DNA of 47,094 nucleotides from Myxococcota bacterium. Lineage in GTDB: Bacteria; Myxococcota; JACRCW01. This document shows, piece by piece, positions 38,400 to 47,094 of this stretch. The first letter of the stretch is position 1, and each line of letters starts with the position of its first letter. Under the pieces are notes generated by a model. It was not told the origin of the DNA. It saw only the letters and a list, made by a program, of their open reading frames with translations, and made no database searches. A program made the translations under genes and the position numbers. Where the stretch lies: the NCBI GenBank assembly GCA_040752415.1, contig JBFMGU010000057.1, positions 1-47,094 of the forward strand, written 5' to 3'.

Positions 38400-38475
38400 G
38401 CTGGAGGCAGTCAGGGACCACGTGTCCAAATTGTTCCTACGCAGCCCTAACCGACGATCTGGCGAATCTCGTCAC

Positions 38476-38673
38476 GAGCAGGTCACGAGCACACACCCGG
38501 CCTTGTCTTGAGCGACACTGGGAAGCGCGCCTCCGTCAGGCTCCGTGGCAAGCAAGCGTCGAATGATGGGTTGCCGAGGTCACTGCTCTCGATCTCGGCG
38601 TCGCGCATGAACCCGCCACCGTCGGCGGCCACCAGCTTGAAGGCACCGCTGGCCTTGCCCTGACTGTCCGGCG
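38476..38673 (-). pseudogene. Decayed duplicate of the 3' part of the AgmX/PglI-domain gene (39669-40379)
   Basis: 38520-38673 aligns over the same 154-bp length with 39760-39913 (LVAADGGGFMRDAEI.SSDLGNP..DACL..SLTEARFPV). Similarity continues with a frameshift to about 38476; there is no cognate 5' part. Confidence 0.85.
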
Positions 38674-38718
38674 CCCTTTGGGAACGACGGTCGTTCAAAG
38701 CGGCGCACCAGAGCGAGC

Positions 38719-38823
38719 TCACGACGGGGCAGGCAGACGCATCAACAGCAGCGCGACGACGATGAAGAGAGCAACACCGAGCCCGAACATGGTTCCTGGG
38801 TGGGACGATCTGAATGAGGTCAT
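38719..38823 (-). CDS. 34-aa single-TM small protein (below the ORF-track cutoff)
   Basis: GAGGA RBS 4 nt before the ATG; MTSFRSSHPGTMFGLGVALFIVVALLLMRLPAPS*; followed by a hairpin at 38671-38706. Confidence 0.55.
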   Translation of the reverse strand: MTSFRSSHPGTMFGLGVALFIVVALLLMRLPAPS

Positions 38824-38870
38824 GGTGTCCTCGCTGGGCGGTTTGGATTCGGTGGGTGCTCGGCGCGGGA

Positions 38871-39305
38871 TCAGTGTTGCTGCGCGGGCGGAGCACCACG
38901 CTTCCGCTCAGCCTGCTTGAGCCGTGCCTGCAACTTTGCGTTCTCCTCTTTCGTTTCCTTCAACTCCTGGAGCGTGAGCTGCCACGACACCCGGATGGTC
39001 TCGACGTAACGGTGCAGCTCAGCCACACGCTCCCGGAGCCCGGCTGCCACCTCGTCCGCCCCAGCGGCAGCCTGTGCGGTGGCGCTCTCCGCCTCCAGCG
39101 CTTGCTGTTTCTGCGCTTCAACCTTGCGCTCCAGGTCAGCAACGCGGCTGCGAGCATTGCGCTCCCGAGCGGCGGCGGCGGCGCCCTGGCTGACCGCGGC
39201 GTCCCGCTCAGCCCCAATGCGCGACAGCGCGTCCAAGGTGTGCTCCAGCGAGCGCTCAAGCGCGGTCAGTTCCAGCATCATGCGTCGCTCTGATCCGGTG
39301 GTCAC
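38871..39305 (-). CDS. Coiled-coil hypothetical protein
   Basis: Heptad-rich E/R/A/L sequence; the GTG start at 39305 overlaps the upstream stop (GTGA); alternative ATG starts just downstream. Confidence 0.6.
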   Translation of the reverse strand: MTTGSERRMMLELTALERSLEHTLDALSRIGAERDAAVSQGAAAAARERNARSRVADLERKVEAQKQQALEAESATAQAAAGADEVAAGLRERVAELHRYVETIRVSWQLTLQELKETKEENAKLQARLKQAERKRGAPPAQQH

Positions 39306-39538
39306 GGCGGAGCCTCCAGTGTCCCAATGGACTGCTTTAGCGTTCCAGCCACGAAGCGCCCAGCCCACGCTAAGCGGCGTCGGCTTGGGGCTACTTCAAC
39401 GTGGGCATCCAGCGCGCCGCCACAGCGACAGCGCCGGCCTCGCCAGGACGCAACCTCCGCGCTCGCATCCCACGGTAGAGAGCGCGCCAGGGAATCCACG
39501 GCGCCACACACCTCACAGCGGATGGTGAGACCCTTCAC
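39302..39538 (-). CDS. Small Zn-ribbon-like hypothetical protein
   Basis: CEVC...CRCGG motif; its stop is coupled to the next ORF. Confidence 0.5.
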   Translation of the reverse strand: MKGLTIRCEVCGAVDSLARSLPWDASAEVASWRGRRCRCGGALDAHVEVAPSRRRLAWAGRFVAGTLKQSIGTLEAPP

Positions 39539-39668
39539 CCGGATTGCGCACGCTCACTTCCGCCGCCCCAGGCGCCCACAAGCCGTCAAGCCCACCCTTG
39601 CGGCCCAGGCGTTCAATGACGGACCGGGATCAACCGAGGTCGACGTCACGCCGCCCTGGCGTTTCCGC

Positions 39669-40379
39669 CTACTTCCGCGTCTGTTCCGCTGACGTCTCCG
39701 CCGTTCCGCGGAATACGAACGGATATGTCACGCGCACCTCACCCTCCCCCTCCGGCACGGGGAAGCGCGCCTCCGTCAGGCTCTGCAGAAGACACGCGTC
39801 GATGATGGGATTGCCGAGGTCACTGCTCTTGATCTCGGCGTCGCGCATGAACCCGCCACCGTCGGCGGCCACCAGCGTGAAGGCAATGCTGACCTTCCCC
39901 TGGCTCTCCGGCGTCATCTTCTGCCCGCTCTCGTAGCAGTGCTTCATCGACGGGATGACCGCCCGCACGGCCGCCTTGATGTCATCCTTGTCCAGCCGCG
40001 CACCGCCGCCCGTCGCGCCTGCCGCACCACCCTGCGGTGTCGTCGTGCCGGGACCGGGCGCGTCTCCGCCACCGGGCGCGCTCTCCGCCCCGCCATCCCG
40101 ACGTGCGAACTCCTGCATCACCGCCGCCACGCTGCGCGCCCCGGGCTTGAGACGCGCGGGCAGCGCAGGACGGGAGGGCGCGCTGTTCTCCTGCGCCTCC
40201 GGCGTCCCCTCGGGGAACTGCTCCGTATTCCGCAGCGGTTGGGCGCCTGACTTCAGCTTGGGCGGGCTGGTGGCCTCCGTGTGCGGCGGCTCGGGGCTGC
40301 GCGGACACCACACCGACGACAACGCTGCCGCTGCCGCCAACGCTGCCAACACCACCACCGTTCTGTGTTCCGGCTTCAT
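39669..40379 (-). CDS. AgmX/PglI C-terminal (TonB-C-like) domain protein with N-terminal TM
   Basis: TM, Pro/Gly linker, then L...DI...V......CYE...GKV...F...DACL......FP.P.G.G.V.VTYPF.F. Confidence 0.85.
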   Translation of the reverse strand: MKPEHRTVVVLAALAAAAALSSVWCPRSPEPPHTEATSPPKLKSGAQPLRNTEQFPEGTPEAQENSAPSRPALPARLKPGARSVAAVMQEFARRDGGAESAPGGGDAPGPGTTTPQGGAAGATGGGARLDKDDIKAAVRAVIPSMKHCYESGQKMTPESQGKVSIAFTLVAADGGGFMRDAEIKSSDLGNPIIDACLLQSLTEARFPVPEGEGEVRVTYPFVFRGTAETSAEQTRK

Positions 40380-40448
40380 GCGTCGGCAACCTAGCGCCGG
40401 GTCCGCCCGCTTTTCCAACGCCGCCCGATTTGACATGGTGCCTCCCAC

Positions 40449-41960
40449 ATGACCGAGACGCTCCTCGTGGCCGTGGTGGTGTTGCTGCTCGCCGTGGTGG
40501 TGCTGCAGGTCATCACGTTGCTGCGGCATGCCAACAGCCAGGGCGCGCGTCGTCTGGAGGGCCAGCTGGCCCAGCTCCGCGACAGCAGCGACCGCTCCGA
40601 CCGCACCGTGCGCGACGAGCTCTCCCGCAGCCGCGAGGAGTTCCAACGCCTGGGCCGCGAGACGCGCACGGAGATGGCCAGCTCCTTCCGCCTGTTCTCC
40701 GACGAGCTGGGCGCCCAGCTGCAGACGCAGGAAGGCCGCCTGGAGCGCATTCGTGAGACGGTGGACACGCACCTGCGCACGCTGCAGCAGGACCACGCGG
40801 ACAAGCTGGAGAAGATGGTGACGCAGGCGCGGGAGAGCTCGGGGCACGTGCGCACGGAGCTGGCGGACTCGCTGTCACGCTTTGAGTCCAGCCTGGTGGC
40901 CACCATGACGCGCATGGGCCAGATGCAGGGGCAGGCCATTGCGGAGCTCAAGAGCGCCAATGACCTCAAGCTGGAGACCATGCGCGGCGTCATGGAGCAG
41001 CAGATCCGCCAGCTCCAGGAGGACAACCACCGCCAGCTGGAGCAGATGCGCGCCACCGTCGACGAGAAGCTGCACGCCACGCTGGAGGCACGCCTGGGCG
41101 AGAGCTTCCGCCTGGTGAGCGAGCGGCTGGAGCTGGTGCACCGCGGCCTGGGCGAGATGCAGACCCTGGCGGCGGGCGTGGGCGACTTGAAGAAGGTGCT
41201 CACCAACGTCAAGACCCGCGGCATCTGGGGTGAAGTGCAGCTGGAGGGCCTGCTGGAGCAGATCCTGACGCCGGACCAGTACCTGAAGAACGTGGCCACC
41301 AAGCTGGGCAGCGCCGAGCGCGTGGAGTTCGCGGTGCGTTTCCCCGGCCGCGGCGGCAACGGTCCGGTGTGGCTGCCCATCGACGCCAAGTTCCCGCAGG
41401 AGGACTACCAGCGGCTGCTGGAGGCGCAGGACCAGGCCAACCCCGCCGCCGCCGACGAGGCGGGACGTCGTCTGGAGGAGCGCATCCGGCTGGAGGCCCG
41501 CACCATCCGCGAGAAGTACGTGGACCCGCCGAACACCACCGACTTCGCGATCATGTTCCTCCCCGTCGAGGGGTTGTACGCGGAGGTCCTCCGGAGACCG
41601 GGCATCAGCGAGATGCTGCAGCGCGACCACCGCGTCATGCTCACCGGTCCCACCACGCTGGCCGCGCTGCTGCAGAGCCTGCGCATGGGCTTCAACACGC
41701 TGGCCATCGAGAAGCGCTCCAGCGAGGTGTGGGAGCTGTTGCGCGGCGTGAAGAGCGAGTTCGGGAAGTTCGGCGAGATTCTCGAGAAGACGCGGCGCAA
41801 GCTGGAGCAGGCCAGCGCGGAGATCCACGAGGCCGCCACGCGCACCCGCCAGATTGAGCGCCGCCTCCGCGACGTGCAGGATTCCCCCGACGCCGCCCCG
41901 CGCAAGGACAGCATGCTCCCGCTGCTGGCGCGCATGGAGCAGGGCGAGAGCGTGGAGTGA
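40449..41960 (+). CDS. rmuC: DNA recombination protein RmuC
   Basis: N-terminal TM, coiled coil, NVKTRGIWGEVQL, WLPIDAKFP, TTDFAIMFLPVEGLYAE, GPTTLAALL. Confidence 0.95.
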   Translation: MTETLLVAVVVLLLAVVVLQVITLLRHANSQGARRLEGQLAQLRDSSDRSDRTVRDELSRSREEFQRLGRETRTEMASSFRLFSDELGAQLQTQEGRLERIRETVDTHLRTLQQDHADKLEKMVTQARESSGHVRTELADSLSRFESSLVATMTRMGQMQGQAIAELKSANDLKLETMRGVMEQQIRQLQEDNHRQLEQMRATVDEKLHATLEARLGESFRLVSERLELVHRGLGEMQTLAAGVGDLKKVLTNVKTRGIWGEVQLEGLLEQILTPDQYLKNVATKLGSAERVEFAVRFPGRGGNGPVWLPIDAKFPQEDYQRLLEAQDQANPAAADEAGRRLEERIRLEARTIREKYVDPPNTTDFAIMFLPVEGLYAEVLRRPGISEMLQRDHRVMLTGPTTLAALLQSLRMGFNTLAIEKRSSEVWELLRGVKSEFGKFGEILEKTRRKLEQASAEIHEAATRTRQIERRLRDVQDSPDAAPRKDSMLPLLARMEQGESVE

Positions 41961-41966
41961 CGCGTG

Positions 41967-43319
41967 ATGGGCCAGCCCCGCCAATCCACCCCGCGCTTCC
42001 GCAAGGTCTTCGTGGTGTTCATGATCCTGGTGGCCGCTCCGTCGCTGGCCATCAGCGGATTCGGCATCATGGCCATCCTGGACGCGCGGGAGGTGGCGGA
42101 GGCGCGCCTGCGCCAGAGCTCGGAGGTGAAGCTGCGGCTGCTGGAGGCGGACCTGTCGCTGCTCGTCGAGGCGCGGAACACCACGGAGACGCCCAGCCGG
42201 GCCGAGCTGCTGCAGCAGGTGCGTCAGGCGCTCCCGGAGCTGGTGGCCAAACACTTCCCCGGCTCGGGCACCACGGTGGAGATCACCAACGTCTCGGAGA
42301 ATCCGCAGCAGGGCTGGGACGCGGAGCGGGCGCGGGAGGTGCTACGTCGCTGGGTGGAGGGCCAGAGCATCCCCGAGCACCTGCTGCAACGCGACGTGGT
42401 GGCGGAGCTCCCCCTGGCCGCGCCGCTGCAGGGTTATCACCTGCAGGCCAAGCTGGTGGGCGACGACCTCTTGGCCGCGCAGGTCCGCACCACCGCCGCG
42501 CTGTACATCATGCTGCTCTCCGTCTTCTACGTGCTGCTCATCCTCGGCGTGGTGCTGGTGAGCATGAGCATGTACCGCGAGGTGCAGCTGGGGCGGCTGA
42601 AGACGGACTTCGTGAGTCACGTGAGCCATGAGCTGCGGACGCCGCTGACCTCCATCCGCATGTTCCTGGAAACGCTGCTGATGGACCGCGTCCACGACGA
42701 GAAGGAGAAGCGGGAGTGCCTGGAGATGTGCGCCCGGGAGACGGAACGGCTGAGCGGCATGATCGAGCGCGTGCTGGACTGGGCCAAGATCGAGGCGGGC
42801 AAGCGTCCGTACACCAAGCGCGCGGCGCTGGCCTCCGACGTGGTGGAACGCGCCGTCACCGCGTTTGGCACCCAGGCCCTGGAGGCGCCCTACCAGCTCA
42901 CCAAGGACATCCAGTCACCGGATGCGCGCATCATGGTTGACGTCGACGCGCTGGGCGACGCGCTGCTCAACCTGCTGCACAACGCGTTCAAGTACACCGG
43001 CACGGACAAGCGCATTGAGGTGCGGGTGGCGGCGCACGGTCGCTGGGTGGACCTCAGCGTCAAGGACAACGGCGTTGGGGTGCTGCGCACGGAGCACCGT
43101 CGGATCTTCGAGCGGTTCTACCGTGCGGAGGACCTGCTCACGCAGCGCACGCACGGCAGCGGGCTGGGGCTGGCGTTGGCCAAGCGCATCGTGGAGGCGC
43201 ACGGGGGGAAGATCCTGTTGCGCAGCCAGAAGGGCGTGGGCTCCACCTTCACGTTGCGCCTGCCGCGCATCCCCGACCAGGCTCCCGCCACCGCCGCGCA
43301 ACCCGCGCCCCAGGCCTGA
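41967..43319 (+). CDS. Membrane sensor histidine kinase
   Basis: Two TMs, VSHELRTPLT, NLLHNAFKY, DNGVG, GSGLGL, GSTF. Confidence 0.95.
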   Translation: MGQPRQSTPRFRKVFVVFMILVAAPSLAISGFGIMAILDAREVAEARLRQSSEVKLRLLEADLSLLVEARNTTETPSRAELLQQVRQALPELVAKHFPGSGTTVEITNVSENPQQGWDAERAREVLRRWVEGQSIPEHLLQRDVVAELPLAAPLQGYHLQAKLVGDDLLAAQVRTTAALYIMLLSVFYVLLILGVVLVSMSMYREVQLGRLKTDFVSHVSHELRTPLTSIRMFLETLLMDRVHDEKEKRECLEMCARETERLSGMIERVLDWAKIEAGKRPYTKRAALASDVVERAVTAFGTQALEAPYQLTKDIQSPDARIMVDVDALGDALLNLLHNAFKYTGTDKRIEVRVAAHGRWVDLSVKDNGVGVLRTEHRRIFERFYRAEDLLTQRTHGSGLGLALAKRIVEAHGGKILLRSQKGVGSTFTLRLPRIPDQAPATAAQPAPQA

Positions 43320-43327
43320 GGTCACCC

Positions 43328-44017
43328 ATGCAAGAGGCGACGCCGAAGCAGATCCTGGTCGTCGAGGATGATGCGTCCATTGTCACCGGGCTCTCCCTGA
43401 ACCTGCGCTACGAGGGGTACGTGGTGGAGGTGGCCCGCGACGGTCGCGTGGGGTTGGAGAAGGCGCTGCGCGGCAACCATGACCTCATCATCCTGGACGT
43501 CATGCTGCCGGAGGTGAACGGCTTTGAGCTGCTCAAGACGCTGCGCCAGTCCGGGAAGAGCACGCGCGTGTTGATGCTGAGCGCCAAGGGTACGGAAGCC
43601 GACAAGGTCACCGGGCTGCAGACCGGCGCGGATGACTACCTGTCCAAGCCATTTGGCCTGCAGGAGCTGCTGGCGCGCGTGGCGGCGTTGCTGCGTCGTC
43701 CCGCGGCGCCCGGTCCCTCGCTGGTGCGCTTTGGCAAGGTGGAAGCGGACTTCTCCGGCGGCAGGGTGACGCGCAACGGAGAAGCGGTGCCCCTGACCAG
43801 CACGGAGCTGGCGCTGCTGCGCTGTCTCGTCGAGCGGCCGGGCCGGGTGCAGTCCCGTGAGCACCTGCTGCGGGCCGCCTGGGGCGACGACTACGAGGGC
43901 ACCACGCGCACCGTGGACAACTTCATCCGCGCGCTGCGTCTGAAGCTGGAGGATGACCCCGAGGCACCCAAACACCTCATGACCGTGCGCGGCATGGGCT
44001 ACCGGTTTGATCCCTGA
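43328..44017 (+). CDS. OmpR/PhoB-family response regulator
   Basis: VVEDD, LDVMLP, GADDYLSKPF, RTVDNFI..LR.KLE, TVRGMGY. Confidence 0.95.
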   Translation: MQEATPKQILVVEDDASIVTGLSLNLRYEGYVVEVARDGRVGLEKALRGNHDLIILDVMLPEVNGFELLKTLRQSGKSTRVLMLSAKGTEADKVTGLQTGADDYLSKPFGLQELLARVAALLRRPAAPGPSLVRFGKVEADFSGGRVTRNGEAVPLTSTELALLRCLVERPGRVQSREHLLRAAWGDDYEGTTRTVDNFIRALRLKLEDDPEAPKHLMTVRGMGYRFDP

Positions 44018-44025
44018 GACCCGAG

Positions 44026-45060
44026 ATGCGCTCCTTCCCCCGACACTGCTGTGCCGCGTTGCTCCTGCTGGTGGCGTGCGCCAACCCCGTGCGCGAGGCG
44101 GAGACCGCGCTGGCCGCGGGAGATCAGCTCAAGGCGTTCCGCGTGGCGCGCCAGGCCCTGCAGCAACCCGACCTCGACGCCGAGCGACGCAAGCGCCTGG
44201 GCGCGGTGATGCAGAAGTCCGCGCAGGACCTCCTGCAGCAGAAGGACCCGACGAGCGTGGAGGAGGCGCGCGAGCTCTACGCGGCCATGCCGGGGGATAC
44301 CGTCGAGCGGGAGCGCGCGGCGCAGCGGCTGTTCCGCGTCATGGCCCGGAGTACCGACGAGGCGGGCCTCCAGGCAGCCATGGCGGAGCTGGAGAAGGAG
44401 ATGGGCGACGAGGCCTCGGTGCGCTCCAACCTGCGTGCGCTCGTCGAGGAAACGCGCGGCAAACCGATCTCGGTGGCGCTGGCGAAGCTGGTGACCACGC
44501 GCTGGCCCGACGGGGCGGACCGCTGGCTGGACCTGGCGACGTCGCAGGCGGCGGTGGGCGCGTGGGCGGATGCGCAGCAGGCCGTGGTGGAGGCGGAGAA
44601 GCGGCAGGCGCAGAGCTGCGCCACGCTGCCCGAGCGGATGGCGGCGTATGACAAGGTCCGTCGGGAAAGCGCGTACGGCGCGCTGGAGCTCAAGCGCTGT
44701 CACACGTTCCACCAGCTCGCGGCGGCGTATGCTGCGTACGCGCGTCAGCAGAAGGACGTGGTGACGACGGGGAAGGACGTGCCGGCCACGGAGACGCGGG
44801 TGGTGCCCTGCCCGGCCTCGTCGACCGCGTTGGAGACGGCGTGGAACGCGGAGACGCGCGCGGTGTCGTTGGCCCCGCACGGCACGACGTGGTGGCTGGA
44901 CGGAAAGACGGCGACCGCGCTGGCACACGCCGTCACACCGGGTGAGCACGAGGTCATCTTCAAGGACGGTGCGGCCTGTCGCAGCGTGCGCATCCCCGTC
45001 GTCGACGGAGCGACCACGGTGCTGACCGGAGCACTGGCCCGCCTCCCCGCCGCGCCGTGA
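44026..45060 (+). CDS. Lipoprotein, helical/TPR-like with PEGA-like C-terminus
   Basis: LVAC lipobox, alpha-helical body, terminal WLDG...VTPGEHEV beta-domain. Confidence 0.7.
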   Translation: MRSFPRHCCAALLLLVACANPVREAETALAAGDQLKAFRVARQALQQPDLDAERRKRLGAVMQKSAQDLLQQKDPTSVEEARELYAAMPGDTVERERAAQRLFRVMARSTDEAGLQAAMAELEKEMGDEASVRSNLRALVEETRGKPISVALAKLVTTRWPDGADRWLDLATSQAAVGAWADAQQAVVEAEKRQAQSCATLPERMAAYDKVRRESAYGALELKRCHTFHQLAAAYAAYARQQKDVVTTGKDVPATETRVVPCPASSTALETAWNAETRAVSLAPHGTTWWLDGKTATALAHAVTPGEHEVIFKDGAACRSVRIPVVDGATTVLTGALARLPAAP

Positions 45061-45081
45061 GAGCCGATCGCGTCGACGCCT

Positions 45082-45261
45082 GGACCTCGACCTGGAGTGC
45101 GGCGGGCCCGCGCCGCCCTGGCCAGCGCCGAGTGGGTTGCCGCCCGGCCCGGTGGTCCTCCGTCGGTGGAGGGACCCTCTCGGGTGGTCCGGCAGAACCG
45201 ATGAACACACGCCGACGCTGACCAGGGCGGCGAGGGCCCGCCGCACTCCAGGTCGAGGTCC
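45082..45261. repeat. REP-doublet/REPIN-like element, copy 2 (49-bp inverted units, 82-bp spacer)
   Basis: 45082-45130 and 45213-45261; same unit as at 38204-38399 with an unrelated spacer; between convergent genes. Confidence 0.9.
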
Positions 45262-45273
45262 CATCACGCGGCT

Positions 45274-46923
45274 TCAATCCAGGTTGGACTGTTCCTGCAG
45301 CCAGCTCGCCGCGTTGACGACGGTGCGGTCCTGCACGCCCTGCGGCTTCCACCAGCCCTTGTCGCCCTGCACGGCGCCCTTCACGCGCGTGGCCACCTCA
45401 CCCACGTCCATGGTGATGCCCACCGAGAAGATGTCGTAGCTCATGTCATAGCGGCCCAACGCCACCGCGGTGTTCCCCGGCGTGCCGACGATGGGATACG
45501 CCGCCAGCGGGTTCTGGCTCACCGCCTGCGTCTGGTCGACCACGCGCGGCTCCATGAAGATGTGCTGGTACGCCCCCGTCAGCTTGAACCCGAAGTAGCC
45601 AATGGACACGCCGGTGCTCAGCCCGAACTTGTTGCTGTCCGCCACGCTGACGTCGAGGGTGTGCTCCGGGATGGCGCTCTCCTCGGCAAACGCGCCCGCG
45701 CGCACCGTCAACACGCCGGGGAGGATGTTGAAGTCACCGCCGGCGCGCAGGCTCCACGTGTCGCGGTAGTCCTTGGGCTGGATGGTGGGCGGCAGGCCGC
45801 TGGCCACGGGCAGGTCGCTCTTGATGACCAGGTCCTGCACATCCAGGCGCACGTGCGTGTAGCTGCTCCAGAACTCGCGCACCGCCGCCACCTCGACGTC
45901 AAACCACTTGTCGAACACGTAGCTGATGCCCATGCGCGCAATGGCCGGGGTGGTGAAGTAGCCCACGCCACGCGCGTTGCTCCCGTCGAAGGTGAGCGGC
46001 AGGTCCCAGGACTGGTCGTTGACGGCGTTGAGCCGCACCGGTCCGGTGGCGCGCGCGTAGCGCGTGGGCTGGAAGCTGCCGCCAATGTGCAGGCCGGCAA
46101 CGGGGTTGGAGGTGAAGCCCACCATGAACGTGGGAATGAAGTCCTCGCGCAGGTTCAGGCGCAGGTCCACGTCGCGCTCCCGCGTCTCCCGGCCGTCCTT
46201 GTCCATGCTGATGGCCACTTCCTGCTCGGTCCCAATGCTCTCGAACGCCAGCCCGAGGCCGAAGCCCAGGTAGCGATTGAAGCGGTAGGAGATGGCCGCC
46301 TCGAAGATGGCCTCCAGCGGGAGGCTCTCGATGACGCTGTAACGCTGCGGGCCGTTGCGGTCGTAGAGCACGCCGCCCGTGTTGGGACCGTAGGCGCCAA
46401 AGCCCAGCCCCAGCCCGGGGATGCCAATGAGCTCACCGTTGATGGCCAGCGCGGCAAACGGGATGAGTCGACCCGGGCTGCGGTTCTGCGCCACCCCCAC
46501 GCTGTCGCCGTCCTTGCCCAGGATGAGGTCGCGCTTGTCGTTGACGTCGCCACTCCAGAAGCCGCCCACGCGCTCACCGTCCACCTCGCGCAGCTCCTCG
46601 TCGGGGTGGCGGCTCACCGTGACGGTGTCGCTGCCGTAGCGCTTCTCGTACGCGGTGGGTGCGCAGGAGGGCCGGCACGAGCGCACGAAGGTGCTGTTGA
46701 GCTTCACCCACGAGCCGTCGATGTAGACCTGCGCGCCGGAGACCGAGGAGAGGCCCGCGGGGTTCAGCCACAGTGCGGTGGGATCATCCGGGTTCACCAC
46801 CATGGCGCCGCCGCGGCCAATGGCCTTGGGGCCGATCTCGGAGATCATGAAGCCCGCGGCCTGGGCGCCGGACGTCGTCGTCACGGCCAACAAGAACAGC
46901 AGGCACCGCTGCACCCAACGCAT
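45274..46923 (-). CDS. OmpP1/FadL/TodX family outer-membrane transporter
   Basis: Signal peptide, then AGF...E......GRGGA......DPTALWLNPAGL hatch motif and amphipathic beta strands (YRDTWSLRAGG). Confidence 0.88.
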   Translation of the reverse strand: MRWVQRCLLFLLAVTTTSGAQAAGFMISEIGPKAIGRGGAMVVNPDDPTALWLNPAGLSSVSGAQVYIDGSWVKLNSTFVRSCRPSCAPTAYEKRYGSDTVTVSRHPDEELREVDGERVGGFWSGDVNDKRDLILGKDGDSVGVAQNRSPGRLIPFAALAINGELIGIPGLGLGFGAYGPNTGGVLYDRNGPQRYSVIESLPLEAIFEAAISYRFNRYLGFGLGLAFESIGTEQEVAISMDKDGRETRERDVDLRLNLREDFIPTFMVGFTSNPVAGLHIGGSFQPTRYARATGPVRLNAVNDQSWDLPLTFDGSNARGVGYFTTPAIARMGISYVFDKWFDVEVAAVREFWSSYTHVRLDVQDLVIKSDLPVASGLPPTIQPKDYRDTWSLRAGGDFNILPGVLTVRAGAFAEESAIPEHTLDVSVADSNKFGLSTGVSIGYFGFKLTGAYQHIFMEPRVVDQTQAVSQNPLAAYPIVGTPGNTAVALGRYDMSYDIFSVGITMDVGEVATRVKGAVQGDKGWWKPQGVQDRTVVNAASWLQEQSNLD

Positions 46924-47094
46924 CCCGCCTCCGCGCTCCAGGAAAACGGAGCGGCCGGGACACTAGTCCCAAAAGAAGCGCGTTGGGAGCGCTTGAGGCA
47001 GGGCTGGCTGGTCAAGGGTCAATCCGTGGCGTTCAGCACACGAAGGCCATGTCCGTGCGCGGTGTGACGCGGCGCGGCTCATGTCCGAACTTCT

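Overview
A very GC-rich bacterial chromosomal segment. Its gene content (Cys-rich and Ser-rich lipoproteins, an AgmX/PglI-type protein, DUF4388, a DUF5939 cyclase, extra PilT paralogues) points to Myxococcota or a related deltaproteobacterial lineage; this is an inference. There are about 45 credible CDSs: ftsE-ftsX-envC translationally coupled to an HTTM-domain gene pair and a transglutaminase-like membrane protein; an OYE flavoenzyme with an ornithine-cyclodeaminase-family gene; fabH, HU, rhodanese and an RsmB-family methyltransferase; several large surface lipoproteins; MltF; ApaG; cyclic-nucleotide signalling genes; a tandem PilT pair; a collagen/C-type-lectin fibre cassette; RmuC; a two-component system; and a FadL-type porin. 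I saw no rRNA, tRNA, CRISPR array, integrase, transposase or reverse transcriptase. The best leads are: (1) a possible split vitamin-K-dependent-carboxylase-like enzyme inside the ftsEX-envC operon; (2) a collectin-like fibre protein with two coupled partner genes; (3) a ~1 kb three-gene mini-island, including a 34-aa hydrophobic ORF missing from the ORF track, bracketed by a duplicated, decayed gene 3' end; (4) two REPIN-like elements and a separate giant palindrome with 126-bp arms; (5) a PilT pair with complementary His-box losses. All family assignments come from motif recognition by eye, not database searches.
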